Assembly (NCBI GenBank): GCA_039621445.1
Contig: CP154954.1
Span: 36,627,703-36,691,702, forward strand
From: Euglena gracilis
Lineage: Eukaryota
Direction of reading: 5' to 3'
DNA: 64,000 nt
The position numbers were made by a program, and so were the translations under genes. Under the pieces are notes generated by a model. It worked only from the letters and a program-made list of their open reading frames with translations. It searched no databases and was not told the DNA's origin. This document shows positions 11,643 through 23,600 of the stretch, in pieces. Within the stretch, counting starts at the first letter, position 1. The number at the start of each line of letters is the position of its first letter.

Positions 11643-14600
11643 GTGTCAAAATGTCGTCATTTCCTCCTATTCTCGTTTGATTTAGGAGTACAACGAATAT
11701 TGCTGGCTGAAAAAAGACATGCAACGGCTTCTGCCACTTGCATCGCCGTTCGTTTTCGGCATTTATGGCATCCTTCCGTTGGCAGGTTTCAAGATGATTT
11801 TAAACACTGTGCCTTCCACATTGTCTCTCAGTTTGGCTTTCCAACGATGGGTATTTGCCCTCTGCCTTCAGCAGCAAGAAAGACATTGTTTCCAAAAAGC
11901 TGGAGTGGTATTCTTCTTATGGTGATGACTTGCGGCAGCAAGTGGGTGTGTAACAACATTTTTCCCCACATTTTGAAGTACCCATGTTACAGGACCCATG
12001 TTACAACACCGATTGAAAAGGCATTTGAGGGGCACTCTGAACAATGAACACAGGCTCATGCTTGACGAAGTCACTGAATCGTACAAGGAGATCTTTTACA
12101 GCCATTACACTGGCCAACTTCGGGACGTTCGGAAGTGTGCACACCTGAGGCTGTACGATGGGGTCTGTTCCCTTTCCACATCATTGTGCATCAATCATCC
12201 ATCTTGCAACTTGTGAAATTCTTGTGAAATTCGTGTGCAAAGAAATTCAGAAAGAATGGGAGGGGTGGGTTTTGGGGCTCCCCGGCGAAATGCCAGAGGC
12301 GAAACGAGGGGGTTGGCTTCGTTTGGACCCCTTAATTTTAGGAAAAAGGAAAACAGAACCCTCCACAAAAAAAATTGGGGGTTGCCAGTTATCCCTTGGA
12401 AAAGGCCTTTAGAGACTTTGGTGCCTTTAGAGAGATTTTCAGTCAAATGATCCATTTTCTGGAAGTGTTGGTCAGACGAAATGAACTCTATCGCCCCCCA
12501 TTCGCCTTTTTGGCTGCCGACACGCCTGGCCTGTGCTCCGGACCAAAACGTCCATTTTGGGCTCCAAATCAGGCATTTGCCACTCACAATTGGGTTAACA
12601 ACCTGACCCGGCTTCTGTCAGGCCATAGGCCAGATCGGCCACCCGTGTGCTCCTCCTTTCATTGATTTTTGTTCAGTTGGGGTGGGGGGTTGGACGTATG
12701 ATTGGTGGTCGGCCCAACCACCAGTGGTCGCCAACAACCACCAAAAAATCCATCACCAAGATCCTGCAATGAGCCCGATCTCGATCGTCTCTGGAACACG
12801 AATAAAATTTAAATGAAATAGTAAGATAAAATGTTCAGAGAACACCTCATTTTTCTGAAAAAAATTTGGACCTGAGTGATCAACACCATTCTAAAATCGT
12901 GTAGATCACGAATTTCACACGAAAATTCCCCCCCAAAAGGGTGGGGGGTTATCGAGATTTTGTTTTCCGACCCCCCCCCCCAAGTGGCCCGCTGGGTCCT
13001 GGCCAAAAGGGGGGTCATTTGGGGGGTCATGGCACCCGGATTCATAATGGTTTATCAAAAAAATTTGTTAGTTGTGGACGTTGTTGCAGAAACTTGGCAC
13101 CTTTTTGATGCCCACGTTTTGGCAACCAGGCTTGTGCTTAGTCGGGTGCCTACCCCACGGGGGGGGGGTGGGTGCTAGGGGCAGGCACCCCACAGCACCC
13201 GATCCGCCCCCCCCCCGGGGGGGGGGGGGGTAGGGTTTTGGGGGTACTTGTCTGTTAGTCGATCCACGGCAGTGCATCAAGTCTGTTAGTCGATCCACAC
13301 CCTATTCAACCCTATTCAATAGGAATGACCACTTTCAGTGCAAAACAGGATGTGTGACGTCATAATTTGACCATGTGACGTCATACAAGCAAAATGATGA
13401 CCGTATGACGTCATACTTGAGTGTGTGACCCAGGTATGACGTCATAAGGTCCAAATCAGCTGCATATTTGACGTCATCAAAGCATGGGGGAAGAAAGGGT
13501 GTGGATCGAGTCGTTTTGCCGTGGATCGACTAACAGACAAGTACCGTTTTGGGGGGTGCCTGCCCCTAGCAGGCACCCCCCTCCGACCCCGGCGCCAAAG
13601 GCGCCGGGGGCCCGGAAAAGGCCATTTTCAATGAAAATTTTCTGGGTCCGGCCCGGACCCCTATCCCCCCCCCCGGGGGGGGTGTGCCTGCTAGGGGCAG
13701 GCACCCTATAGCACCCCCCCCCCCCTCCCCCCCCCCCGGTTGGTAAGCACAAGCATGTTGGCAACTCTGAGCCAAGTAGCCAGCGTTCTGGCAACTCTAG
13801 GCCAAATAGCTGGCACAAGGGGCCGAAGTTTCCAGGTTTAGCTGTAATGGGCGCCTGAATGGAGATCGACTGACCAAAGCGGGTGCCTGAATGGAAATCG
13901 ACTGGCCAAAACCAAAACGGGTGCCTGAATGGAAATCGACTGGCCAAACAGATTCCGATTGCAGCCTTTTTGCCAGCCGGAGGCTGGACCCCCATGTTAG
14001 TGGATGAAAAAAGTGCGAACTTGCGGCCGTGGGCATCAGGCAGACATCAGGCTTGTTTGGGAATCTCGGGCAGGTCTTGGGACCTGCTTGCAGTTTTCGG
14101 TCGCCGAACTTCTCGCCGTTGAGTGCAAAACAGGGCCCAGAAAACAGGTTTTTAGTCGGTCGATTTCCAAGACATTAAAACCTATTTTCTGGGCCCAACT
14201 CCTGTCTTGAATTTCTACTGACTTAAACGGAATTCAGGCTGACATTGTTAAAGTCAGTCGATTTCCAAGACACTGAAATCTGTTGCTGGTCAGATTTGAA
14301 ATTTTTAGTGAAATTTTCGACAATTAGGGGGTGTTTCCCCCGCGACCCCCCCTGCGACCCCCCGCCCCCCGCGACCCCACCCTGAGCCCAATTCGGGTTC
14401 CCAAAAAGTACAAAAAATTTGCATTAATTAGGAATTTGCCACTCAATTAGGAATCAAATACACGAAAAATTGGTCCCAAATTCCTAATTGGACCTATTTT
14501 CGGACCCAAATGGCACGCAAATTCCTAATTGGATCTAAAATTAGAGGATAGGACGACGTCGCACAAGTCACACATGACCTGCCGCGAAACCCATTTCCCC

Positions 14601-17600
14601 CCCGCGACCCCCCCCCCCCCGCAACCCCAACACCCCCTAGGATTTCCACTTTTTTTTCGCTGGAAGCGTTTTGGACGAGACAAAGACAAAATTTTGCAGC
14701 CAGATGAACACAGCTGGCTGATTGTCATTGTCAGTGTCAATTGTCATTGTTGGTCGTCTGATAAGACAAGGTTTCGATCGGGGGGTACTTGTCTGTTATC
14801 GCATGACGGACCCCCCCCCTTTTGGTTATCGCAGGCGCCCTTTAAACGGTCAGAGACCCATATGTTGGGGCCCGTCTTGGCCATTTGGGTGGGGGGCTCC
14901 CAGCCTGAATTTGGGCTGCTGGCTGGATTTGAGCTGCTTGCTGGCTGGACCCGGGGGTAGGGTACCCTCCGGCTTCAGATATTCCCTGTTCACTAAAACA
15001 GAACTAAAAATGGCACAAATATGTAAAATGATTCAAAATATGAGTTTGCGGGTGCAAGGGGATGCCCAAAACACACCGGTTCGGGCGTGAACTTGGTGCC
15101 TGGGACACAGTTTTTGAAACCGTCTATTGGGGGCTCTGGGTTCACGCCCAAACCGGTGTCTGTGGATGCACGGTGTTCTGGTGCTTGTTTTTTCAAAAAA
15201 ATTTATTGTACAATGCATTCGTGGCAGCTCGTTTATAACGAGTCAAACAAAAACCCGGTTTCTTTTTCAAAATTTCAATTTTCAGTTTTTTCCCCTGCTG
15301 AGGCTCATTGCGGGAAATTGGCGATGGACTTTTTGGTGGTCGCTAGCAACTAGTCGCAAGCGACCAAGTCTACTGACCATTGGTGGTCGGGCCGACGGCG
15401 CCGAGCGAGGGTCCCCCAATGTGTATTAACCCTAGTTGGGCGCCTCTTTGGGTTCGCTGGGTCCCCTGCAGACACAAATTTAACAACGTTGAGGGGATGG
15501 GATGGGACAGTTAGGGATGGAAACTTGACCCCAACCCTACTCCTTTAAATAACGTCATCAATTTTTCAAGTTCTGAATTGCAGCGGCCTTCGGCCGCTGC
15601 GCGGGCTTTGGCCTTCGGCCGATGCGCGGCCTTCGGCCAGGCGGCCTTTGGGGCGCATGGCGGTAGACTGGGGGGGGTAGTCGGTCGACTAATGGTCGGT
15701 AGCTAGTTGGCGAGACGGGGTGGGGGGTATTGGGTAGTTGGCCGACTGGTTGGTCTGAATTGCAGCGGCCTTCAGCCGCTGCGGCGGCCCTCGGCCGCTG
15801 CGCGGCCTTCTGCCAGGAGGCCTTCGTGGCGCATGGCAGTAGACTGAGGGGTGGGGTGAAAGTCGACCGACTAATGGTCGGTAGCTAGTCGGCGAGACGG
15901 GGTGGGGGGGTATTGGGTAGTCTGACTACCCACTCTAATGTACTAACGGGTCAGCACCGCCGACATTATAAGTCCCCCTGAAGAAAATCCCATGCAAACA
16001 AGTCGGTGGCTGGTCGGTGGTCATAAACATGGTCTGTGGCCTGGCGAGCCCAAATCACCCGGAAATGGTCCGGATGGGTCCAATTAAGTATCTTACACCA
16101 ACATAAACACCCCCAGATGGAAATCTTTGGTCGGTGGGGGGTCGGTGGACCCTTGATGGGGGCCCGGAGGGGTAAAAAAGCAATGATGAAACAGGGACTA
16201 CATGAAAATCCTTTAGAAATGCAAGCATTCTGCATCACGAGAGGCAGGAAACTCCTCCCTTCACCCCTGAACCTCAAATAATCCCTTCTGAGTTGGCAAC
16301 ATACTCGGGGGCTAAGTTGTTTTTGTGGCTCACTTTGGCATAGGCGGGGGGGGGGCTCCGCCCCCCCCCCCCGCACCCCCCCCCTCAAATAACAAAATCC
16401 CCTCTATGTTGGCAACATACTTGGAGGGCTAAATCCTTTTTTGTGCAAAATTTTGCAAATATATTAAAACCTATTTTCTGGGCCCGACGCCTGTCTTGAA
16501 ATTCTACTGACATTAACGGATTTCAGGCTGAAATTGTTTATGTCGGTCGATTTCCATTCAGGCGCCCGTTTATGTCGGTCGATTTCCATTCAGGCGCCCG
16601 TTTATGTCGGTCGATTTCCATTCCATTGAAATCTGTTGCTGGTCAGATTGGGAATTTTTAGGGACTTTTTGCACATTTTGGCTTTCCCTTTTTTTCGACA
16701 TTTTTGGTCCTAATGGGGTTGTGGAGGAGTTATGGATCAGACAAAAACCATATTTTGTGGCCAGGTGATCACAGCTGGCTGAACTTTGGATGGAACAGAT
16801 GGAAGGACGGTCTTTAAGATTATTATTTTCTGGATGTTCAGAAAAAGCATTCGGTAAATTTGTCCTGAACCAGTTGTCATCACTGGTCATCTGAAAGAAA
16901 AGCTTTCGGGTGAGGAGTGATTTGGCAATGTCAAACTTATTTTCTGGGCTTGACGCCCGTATTGCAATTATATTGACATCAAGGTAACCAGCCTCCGCGG
17001 AGGCCTCCGCAGAGGCTCCTCAGAGGCTAAGGTGGCCCCGAGCGGATTCCCGGTGGTGGTCGCTGTGGAGGTCGGCCCGACCAGGGAGGTCGGCCCGACC
17101 TCCATTTTTTTTTGCACTACCCCCCCCTTTCTGGAAATTTAAGCCCCCTCCCCTGAAAAAAAAACTTTTGTCCAAATCACCCCAACACCAGTCAAAACCC
17201 ACTTAAATGGCTCCAGAACCCCCCAATCGGGGGTGAATATGCAAAAACTTGGGGGGGAAATGCCCATTTTGGGCCTCTTTTGGCTAAAGAACACCTCTCC
17301 CCATCGGATTTTCTATACAAAAATCGACAGACACTGACAGATTCAGCAGGGGTGCCGGCCGCGAGCGAGCGAAGCGAGCCGCCCGGCGCCCCTGCTGAAT
17401 CTGTTAGTGTCGGTCGATTTTTCTAAAACCTGTTTTGTCTGGGCCCGACGCCTGTCTTGGTGTTCATTCGACCGAACCGCCTGGACGGAAATATGGTCAA
17501 AAAAGTGGTTTCTGGCCCATTAACGGGCGCCTGAATGGAAATCGACTGACATAAACGGCGCCTGAATGGAAATCGACCGACATAAACGGGCGCCTGAATG

Positions 17601-20600
17601 GAAATCGACCGACATAAGGCGCCTGAATGGAAATCGACTGACATAAACGGGCGCCTGAATGGAAATCGACTGACATAAACGGTTTCCGATGTCTTGGAAA
17701 TCGACCAACCTTTTGTTTCCTTTTTTGAATGCCTTTTTGTTCCGTTTTGGGACATTGTCAGTTTCAGCCTGAAGCCCGTTAATGTTGACCAACCTTTTGC
17801 CTTTTTTTTCGGAATGCTTTTTTTCTTTTTTCAATCTCTATATCAAGAACTGCGTCTTAAACACAGACTCTGACCCGAGTCTGCGTTTCGAAATGCAGAC
17901 TCAGGCCGAATGACAGACTGCCTTGGAGCCTCCGAGGAGGCTCCTCGGAGGTAACCACTGTTGTACACAGGCCATATCTGAAAATAAAAAAATAAAAAAA
18001 TTTTTTTACGGGGTTGACGCCAATCTCCCTCCACACCCCTTACCCCTGCCCCCACACCACTGCCCAAAGGAAGAGGATTTTTGTTTTGTTTTATCCCCCA
18101 TCTCCACAAAAAAAGCATTTACCCCCCATTTTTACTGTATATCTCCCAAAATTTTTGCCTTTTCCGTATATTTCCCCCCCCCCTTTATTTGCCCCCCCCC
18201 CCCCCTTAATTGAGCATTTGGGTCCGGGAAAAAAATTTTTTTTCATGCGCCGAAGGCCCCGAAATTTTTTTTTGCCCTATTTCTATTTTGACCCCCCCTT
18301 ATTTGACCCCCCCTTATCTGAGCATTTGGGGGGTCCTTTGGCCCGTGGGTGTGCTCAAATAAAGGGGGGGGGGTGGTACGCCATGTCCGCCAAACTGGTT
18401 GAAAACCATTCATCCATTTGCCACAAAAACGCCATGTCCGCCTGATTTTGCTTTTACCGTTTACCCGTTTGCTATTTACGCCATGTCCGCCAAACCTTTT
18501 CCACACAAAAGGATGTTGTTATTGGGGAGCGGGGGAGGGGGGGGAGGGGGCCGCAGCCCTCATCCCCCCGCCCCCCTCCCCCTGGGCACAGCCAAATGGA
18601 CACCACTTTGGGTTTCACCTGACTTTTTTTGTGTAACATCACATCCATTTTGCTACCATCCCCCCCCCCCACATGACTGTTGGTTCACCTGGTTGGTCAG
18701 TGCAATCCAGGATTAAAAGTTGAGGCAAATACCAGTGGTATGGCTCCGTGCGGAATCCTGGCCATGCTACTTCTGGAGGTCGGGCCGACCTAGGTCGGGC
18801 CGACCATTGGCCATGGCTTATCGACCTCCACTGTACTGCAATACCCCCCCTTTTTGGAAATTTAAGCCCCTTATTTCAATTTGAAATGAACGTAAACCCA
18901 TCCGAATGTCCTTAGAAACGTCAAAAAAACGTCCCAAATTCAAAAAAAAATTGTGAAAAATGGCTAAATCAGGAGAGGTCCATGGCCAATGACAAAAATT
19001 CTTTTGGTGTGCAACGCCCAAACCCTAACCCTACCCCTGACCCTGACCCTGACCCTAACCCTAACCCAGCTCTTTCATCCCATATTGAAAAAAAATTGAA
19101 AAACGCGAACTTAGTCGGCCTACGGCCTCCTCCGGGGGGGGCTGCCCCCCCCCCGGGCCCCCCGCCTGAGATAGCAAAATCCCCTTGTGTGCGCAAGGCA
19201 AGGATGGCTAAAACAAGTATCTTCTTTAAGGCCAGAAAAATTTTTGATGTTTGTAGCCGGCTGTTCAGAAACGTGATAAATTGGCCCCTACAAGGTACCA
19301 GGGCTGCTACGGCGGCCGATACAAGCAAATGGCTGCCAGTGCTGCCGAGGCAAACAAATGGCTGGTGTGGTCGAAGCAATCAAATGGCTGCTAGTGCGGC
19401 CGAAGCAAGCAAATGGCTGCTGGTGCGGCCGAAGCAAGCAAATGGCCGGAGTGGCCCAAGCAGTCCGTCAACACCAGTACCGGTTGCATTCCTATCCAGG
19501 AAGCCCATTTTTGCAGGGCCAGGATCACTGCGTAGGTCTCCTTCTCCCTAGGAGACCACGAGCGAACCTGCCCAGGTGTCAGCTTTCGTGAACAGAAAGC
19601 TACGGGTACTGTTTTTTTGGTCATGGCTGTTGTTGGGTCTGGTTTTTCTGCGGTGTCCTCCGCAAATTGTTCCAGAGCCGCACCTACGGCTCTGCCACTT
19701 TCAACCACCCTGAGTATGAACGGTTTGTCTAGGTTCACCGTTTGCAGTTTGGGGCTTCTGAGCAGTTTTTCTTTGATGGTCTGAAAAGCTGTTCGTTCCT
19801 TTTCACAGAAAAACACAGGTGTCAGGCTTCCTTTCTTTCCCTGTCCCTTTTTCACTTTCAGTTTTTCCATCTGGCCCCCCAAAGAGCCGCCCAACTAGGG
19901 TTAATACACATGGGGGGACCCTCGCTCGGCGCCTCGCTCGGGTCCCCCCATGTTTTTAACCCTAGTTGGGCGGCTCTTTGGGTCCGCTGGGTACCTTGTA
20001 GAGACCAATCTAACAACGTTGAGCGGGAAATGTTCTGCTGTTTGGATAAGAATCGTAACCCTAACCCTACTCCTTCAAATAACATCAGAAATTCTTTTTA
20101 CCACAGGTTGATGCCATCAGGAATTCTTTTTGTGCTAAAATTGCGCTTTTTATGCTCCACAGGGTTTGGCCAAGGGTTTGGATCAGGCTTGCGCTTAGTC
20201 GGGTGCCTACCCCACGGGGGGGGGTGGGTGCTAGGGGCAGGCACCCCATAGCACCCGATCCGACCCCCCCCCCCCCCGGGGGAGGTAGGGTTTTGGGGGG
20301 TGCCTGCCCCTAGCAGGCACCCCCCTCCGACCCCGGCGCCAAAGGCGCCGGGGGCCCGGAAAAGGCCATTTTCAATGAAAATTTTCTGGGTCCGGCCCGG
20401 ACCCCTATCCCCCCCCCCCGGGGGGGGTGTGGGTGGCAAACGGTAGACTGGGGGGGGGGTCCTGGGTGGTCGGCCGACTAGTCGGCCGACCACCCCATTG
20501 GTCGGCCGACTAGGCCTGGTCGGCAGCTAGTCGGCGAGACAGGGGGGGGGGTGTCCTGGGTGGTCGGCGGACTAGTCGGCCGACCACCCACTCTAATGTA

Positions 20601-23600
20601 GTTACGGGCCAGTTTCGCCGACTTTTAAGCCCCCCCCTGAGAAAAAATTTTGTCCAAATCACCCCAAAACCAGTCAAAACCCACCCAAATGGCTCCAGAA
20701 CCCCCCAATCGGGGGTGAATATGCAAAAAAATGGGGGAAAATGTCCATTTTGGGCCACTTTTGGCAAAAAGAACACCTCTCTCCGTTGTATATGTAATAT
20801 AGTCAATATTGCACAAAAGGACTTAGCCCTCCAAGTATATTGCCAACATAGAAGGGATTTTGTTATTTGAGGGGGGGGGGTGCGGGGGGGGCGGAGCCCC
20901 CCCCCCCCCCCGCCTATGCCAAAGTGAGCCACAAAAACGACTTAGCCCCGGAGTATGTTGCCAACATAGAAGGGATTTTGTTATTTGAGGGGGGGGGGGG
21001 GTGCGGGGGGGGCCCCCCCCCCCCTGCCTATGCCAAAGTGAGCCACAAAAACGACTTAGCCCCGGAGTATGTTGCCAACAGAGAAGGGATTTTGTTATTT
21101 GGGTGGGGGGGGGTGCGGGGGGGCGGAGCCCCCCCCCGCCTATGCCAAAGTGAGCCACAAAAACGACTTAGCCCCCGAGTATGTTGCCAACATAGAAGGG
21201 ATTTTGTTATCTGGGCTCGGGGGGTGGAGGGGGGAGTTTTCAGCCTGTCCTGATGCAGAATGCTTGCATTTCTAAAGGATTTTCATGTAATCCCTGTTTC
21301 GTCATTGGTTTTTTACCCCTCCGGACCCCATCAAGGGCCCACCGACCCCCCACCGACCAAAAATTTCCATCTGAGGGTGTTCCTGTTGGTGTAAGGCATT
21401 TATTTGGCCCCATCCGGACCATTTCCGGGTGGTTTGGACCCGCCACAGACCATTTTTATGGCCACCGACAAGCCACCGACTGGTTTGCATACAATTTTCT
21501 TCATAAAAAGTTGGCGAGACTGGCCCGTAACTACATTAGAGTGGGTGGTCGGCCGACTAGTCCGCCGACCACCCAGGACCCCCCCCCCCCCCTGTCTCGC
21601 CGACTAGCTGCCGACCAGGCCTAGTCGGCCGACGAATTGGGTGGTCGGCCGACCACCCAGGACCCCCCCCCCCCAGTCTACCGCCTAGAGCTGGGGGTGT
21701 GCCTGCTAGGGGCAGGTACCCTATAGCACCCCCCCCCCCCGGTCGGTAAGCACAAGCATGGTTTGGATGCTTTTGAAAAGGAAAACCATTGAGGTCGTTT
21801 CTATCGACAATGTGGTCGGCCCGACCTCCAATTGGTCGGGCCGACCATATGGTCGGTAACCCAAACAGGTCGGGCCGACCAGGTCGGCCCGACCTATAGT
21901 CAAAGGTCCTTTGAAAAAGGGGGGGTAATGCGGTACAGTGGCCATTTCTGTCGACCTCCAGAGGTCGGGCAGACCATAGGTCGGCCCGACCTCCAGAACT
22001 AGCATGGCCAATATTCCGCCCAGGGCCGGGGGGCAGTGGTATCACAATCTCGGGTACAATTTTGGCCTCTGGATAATTTAGGTCAATCTGAATTTATTCT
22101 GGCTGAGTAAATTCATTTTCGGTTTGGTTTAAACTCTATGTTGCCTCCCAAAGTCTGTGATTTTTTTTTTACGTCTGTTAGTCTGGGAATTAGTCCGTGA
22201 ATTACTCCGTGAATTATTTTCCCCTCTGTCCAAATGGGCAGCGGATGATCTGCCACTGAGTGCAGTCACCGTGTTTGACATTGAAGAATGTTTCTCTTTA
22301 CCCCCCCCCCCCCCCTATTGTCCCACCGACCTCTCCCCGGGAGGCCTGACCGGACAATAAGGGGGGGGGACAATAAGGGGGTACCAAAGGAACTTTCATT
22401 GGCCGGGCCAAAAAATCCCCCGTCGGCCGGGGCCCAGGGACAATAAGGGGGGGGGACAATAAGGGGGGGGGTGGTATAACACAAAAAAGCAAAAAAAAAT
22501 CCCGTTCAGTTGTATTTTCCCAACATGCTCCTGCAAAACTGGTTACCCTAGCCTCCGAGGAGCCTCCTCGGAGCCTGCGCGGAGGCTGGTTACCTTGATC
22601 CTCCGAGGAGGCTGGATACCTTAGCCTCCGGGAGCCTCCGCGGAGGCTGGTTACCTTGGAGCCCGGGGAGGCTCCGCGGAGCCTCCTCGGAGGCAACCAA
22701 AAAGTTAGGATTCCACTTTTGCGGTAGACCCGGTGGGTGCCGACCCCCCTCCCCCCGGTCTTAAAAAACCCCCTGGAGAAAACCCACAGGGGGGTGTGCT
22801 AGGGGCAGGCACCCCCCATAGCACCCGATCCGACCCGGGGGGGAAGGGTTTTGGGGGGGTGCATGCCCATAGCAGGCACCCCCCTCTGACCCTGGCGCCG
22901 GGGGCCCGGAAACGGCCATTTTGAATGAAAATTTTCTGGGTCTCCCCCCCCCCGGACCCCCCCGGAGGTGTGCCTGCTAGGGGCAGGCACCCTAGAGCAC
23001 CCACCCCCCCTCCCCTCCCCCGGTCGGTAAGCACAAGCATGATGGCTTCAGAACCCCCTCAAACTTTGATGCCTTGTCGGCCCAGGGAGTTATTTCCAAA
23101 ATACATTTTTCCTTTCTGGCAGAGAGGTGCTCTTTTACAATCCTTTTTTTGGTTTTGGGTCTGAGATCAATATGCAAACAAAATGGGGCGGAGTTTCAAT
23201 TTATCCCTAAACCCTGACATATCCTCCTGAAGAGGACAGGCTGCTTGTTTGAAACCTTGGATCTTGCATTTTTTGTTCATTTATCTGCAGACAAGCACTG
23301 TGCTTCTTCTTACAAACAAAGAGCCAGTGGAATTGACTTCTGAGCTGCTGCAGAAGTGGAATGCAATCAAGGCCGCAAAGCTTTCTCCGGAAGAAGAGGT
23401 TTGTGAGTTATTGTTCTGAATTTCTCCTCTGTTCATTTCCACAATGGACAGGTGATGTTTCCTCACAGCTATCGGCCCTCCTCCACCTCCAACTGCATTC
23501 GGAAACACTCCAACCTCAATTGCCTGCATTGTATTGCAAATGTGGTACCCAAAATGCCCATTTTTGGCCATTCTTGGGTTTTTTTGGGAGCAAAATCAGC

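Noticed and set aside
16536-17682. CRISPR-like array of 32-bp repeats
   Set aside because: The units abut without unique spacers, there are no cas genes, and the context is eukaryotic TE sequence.
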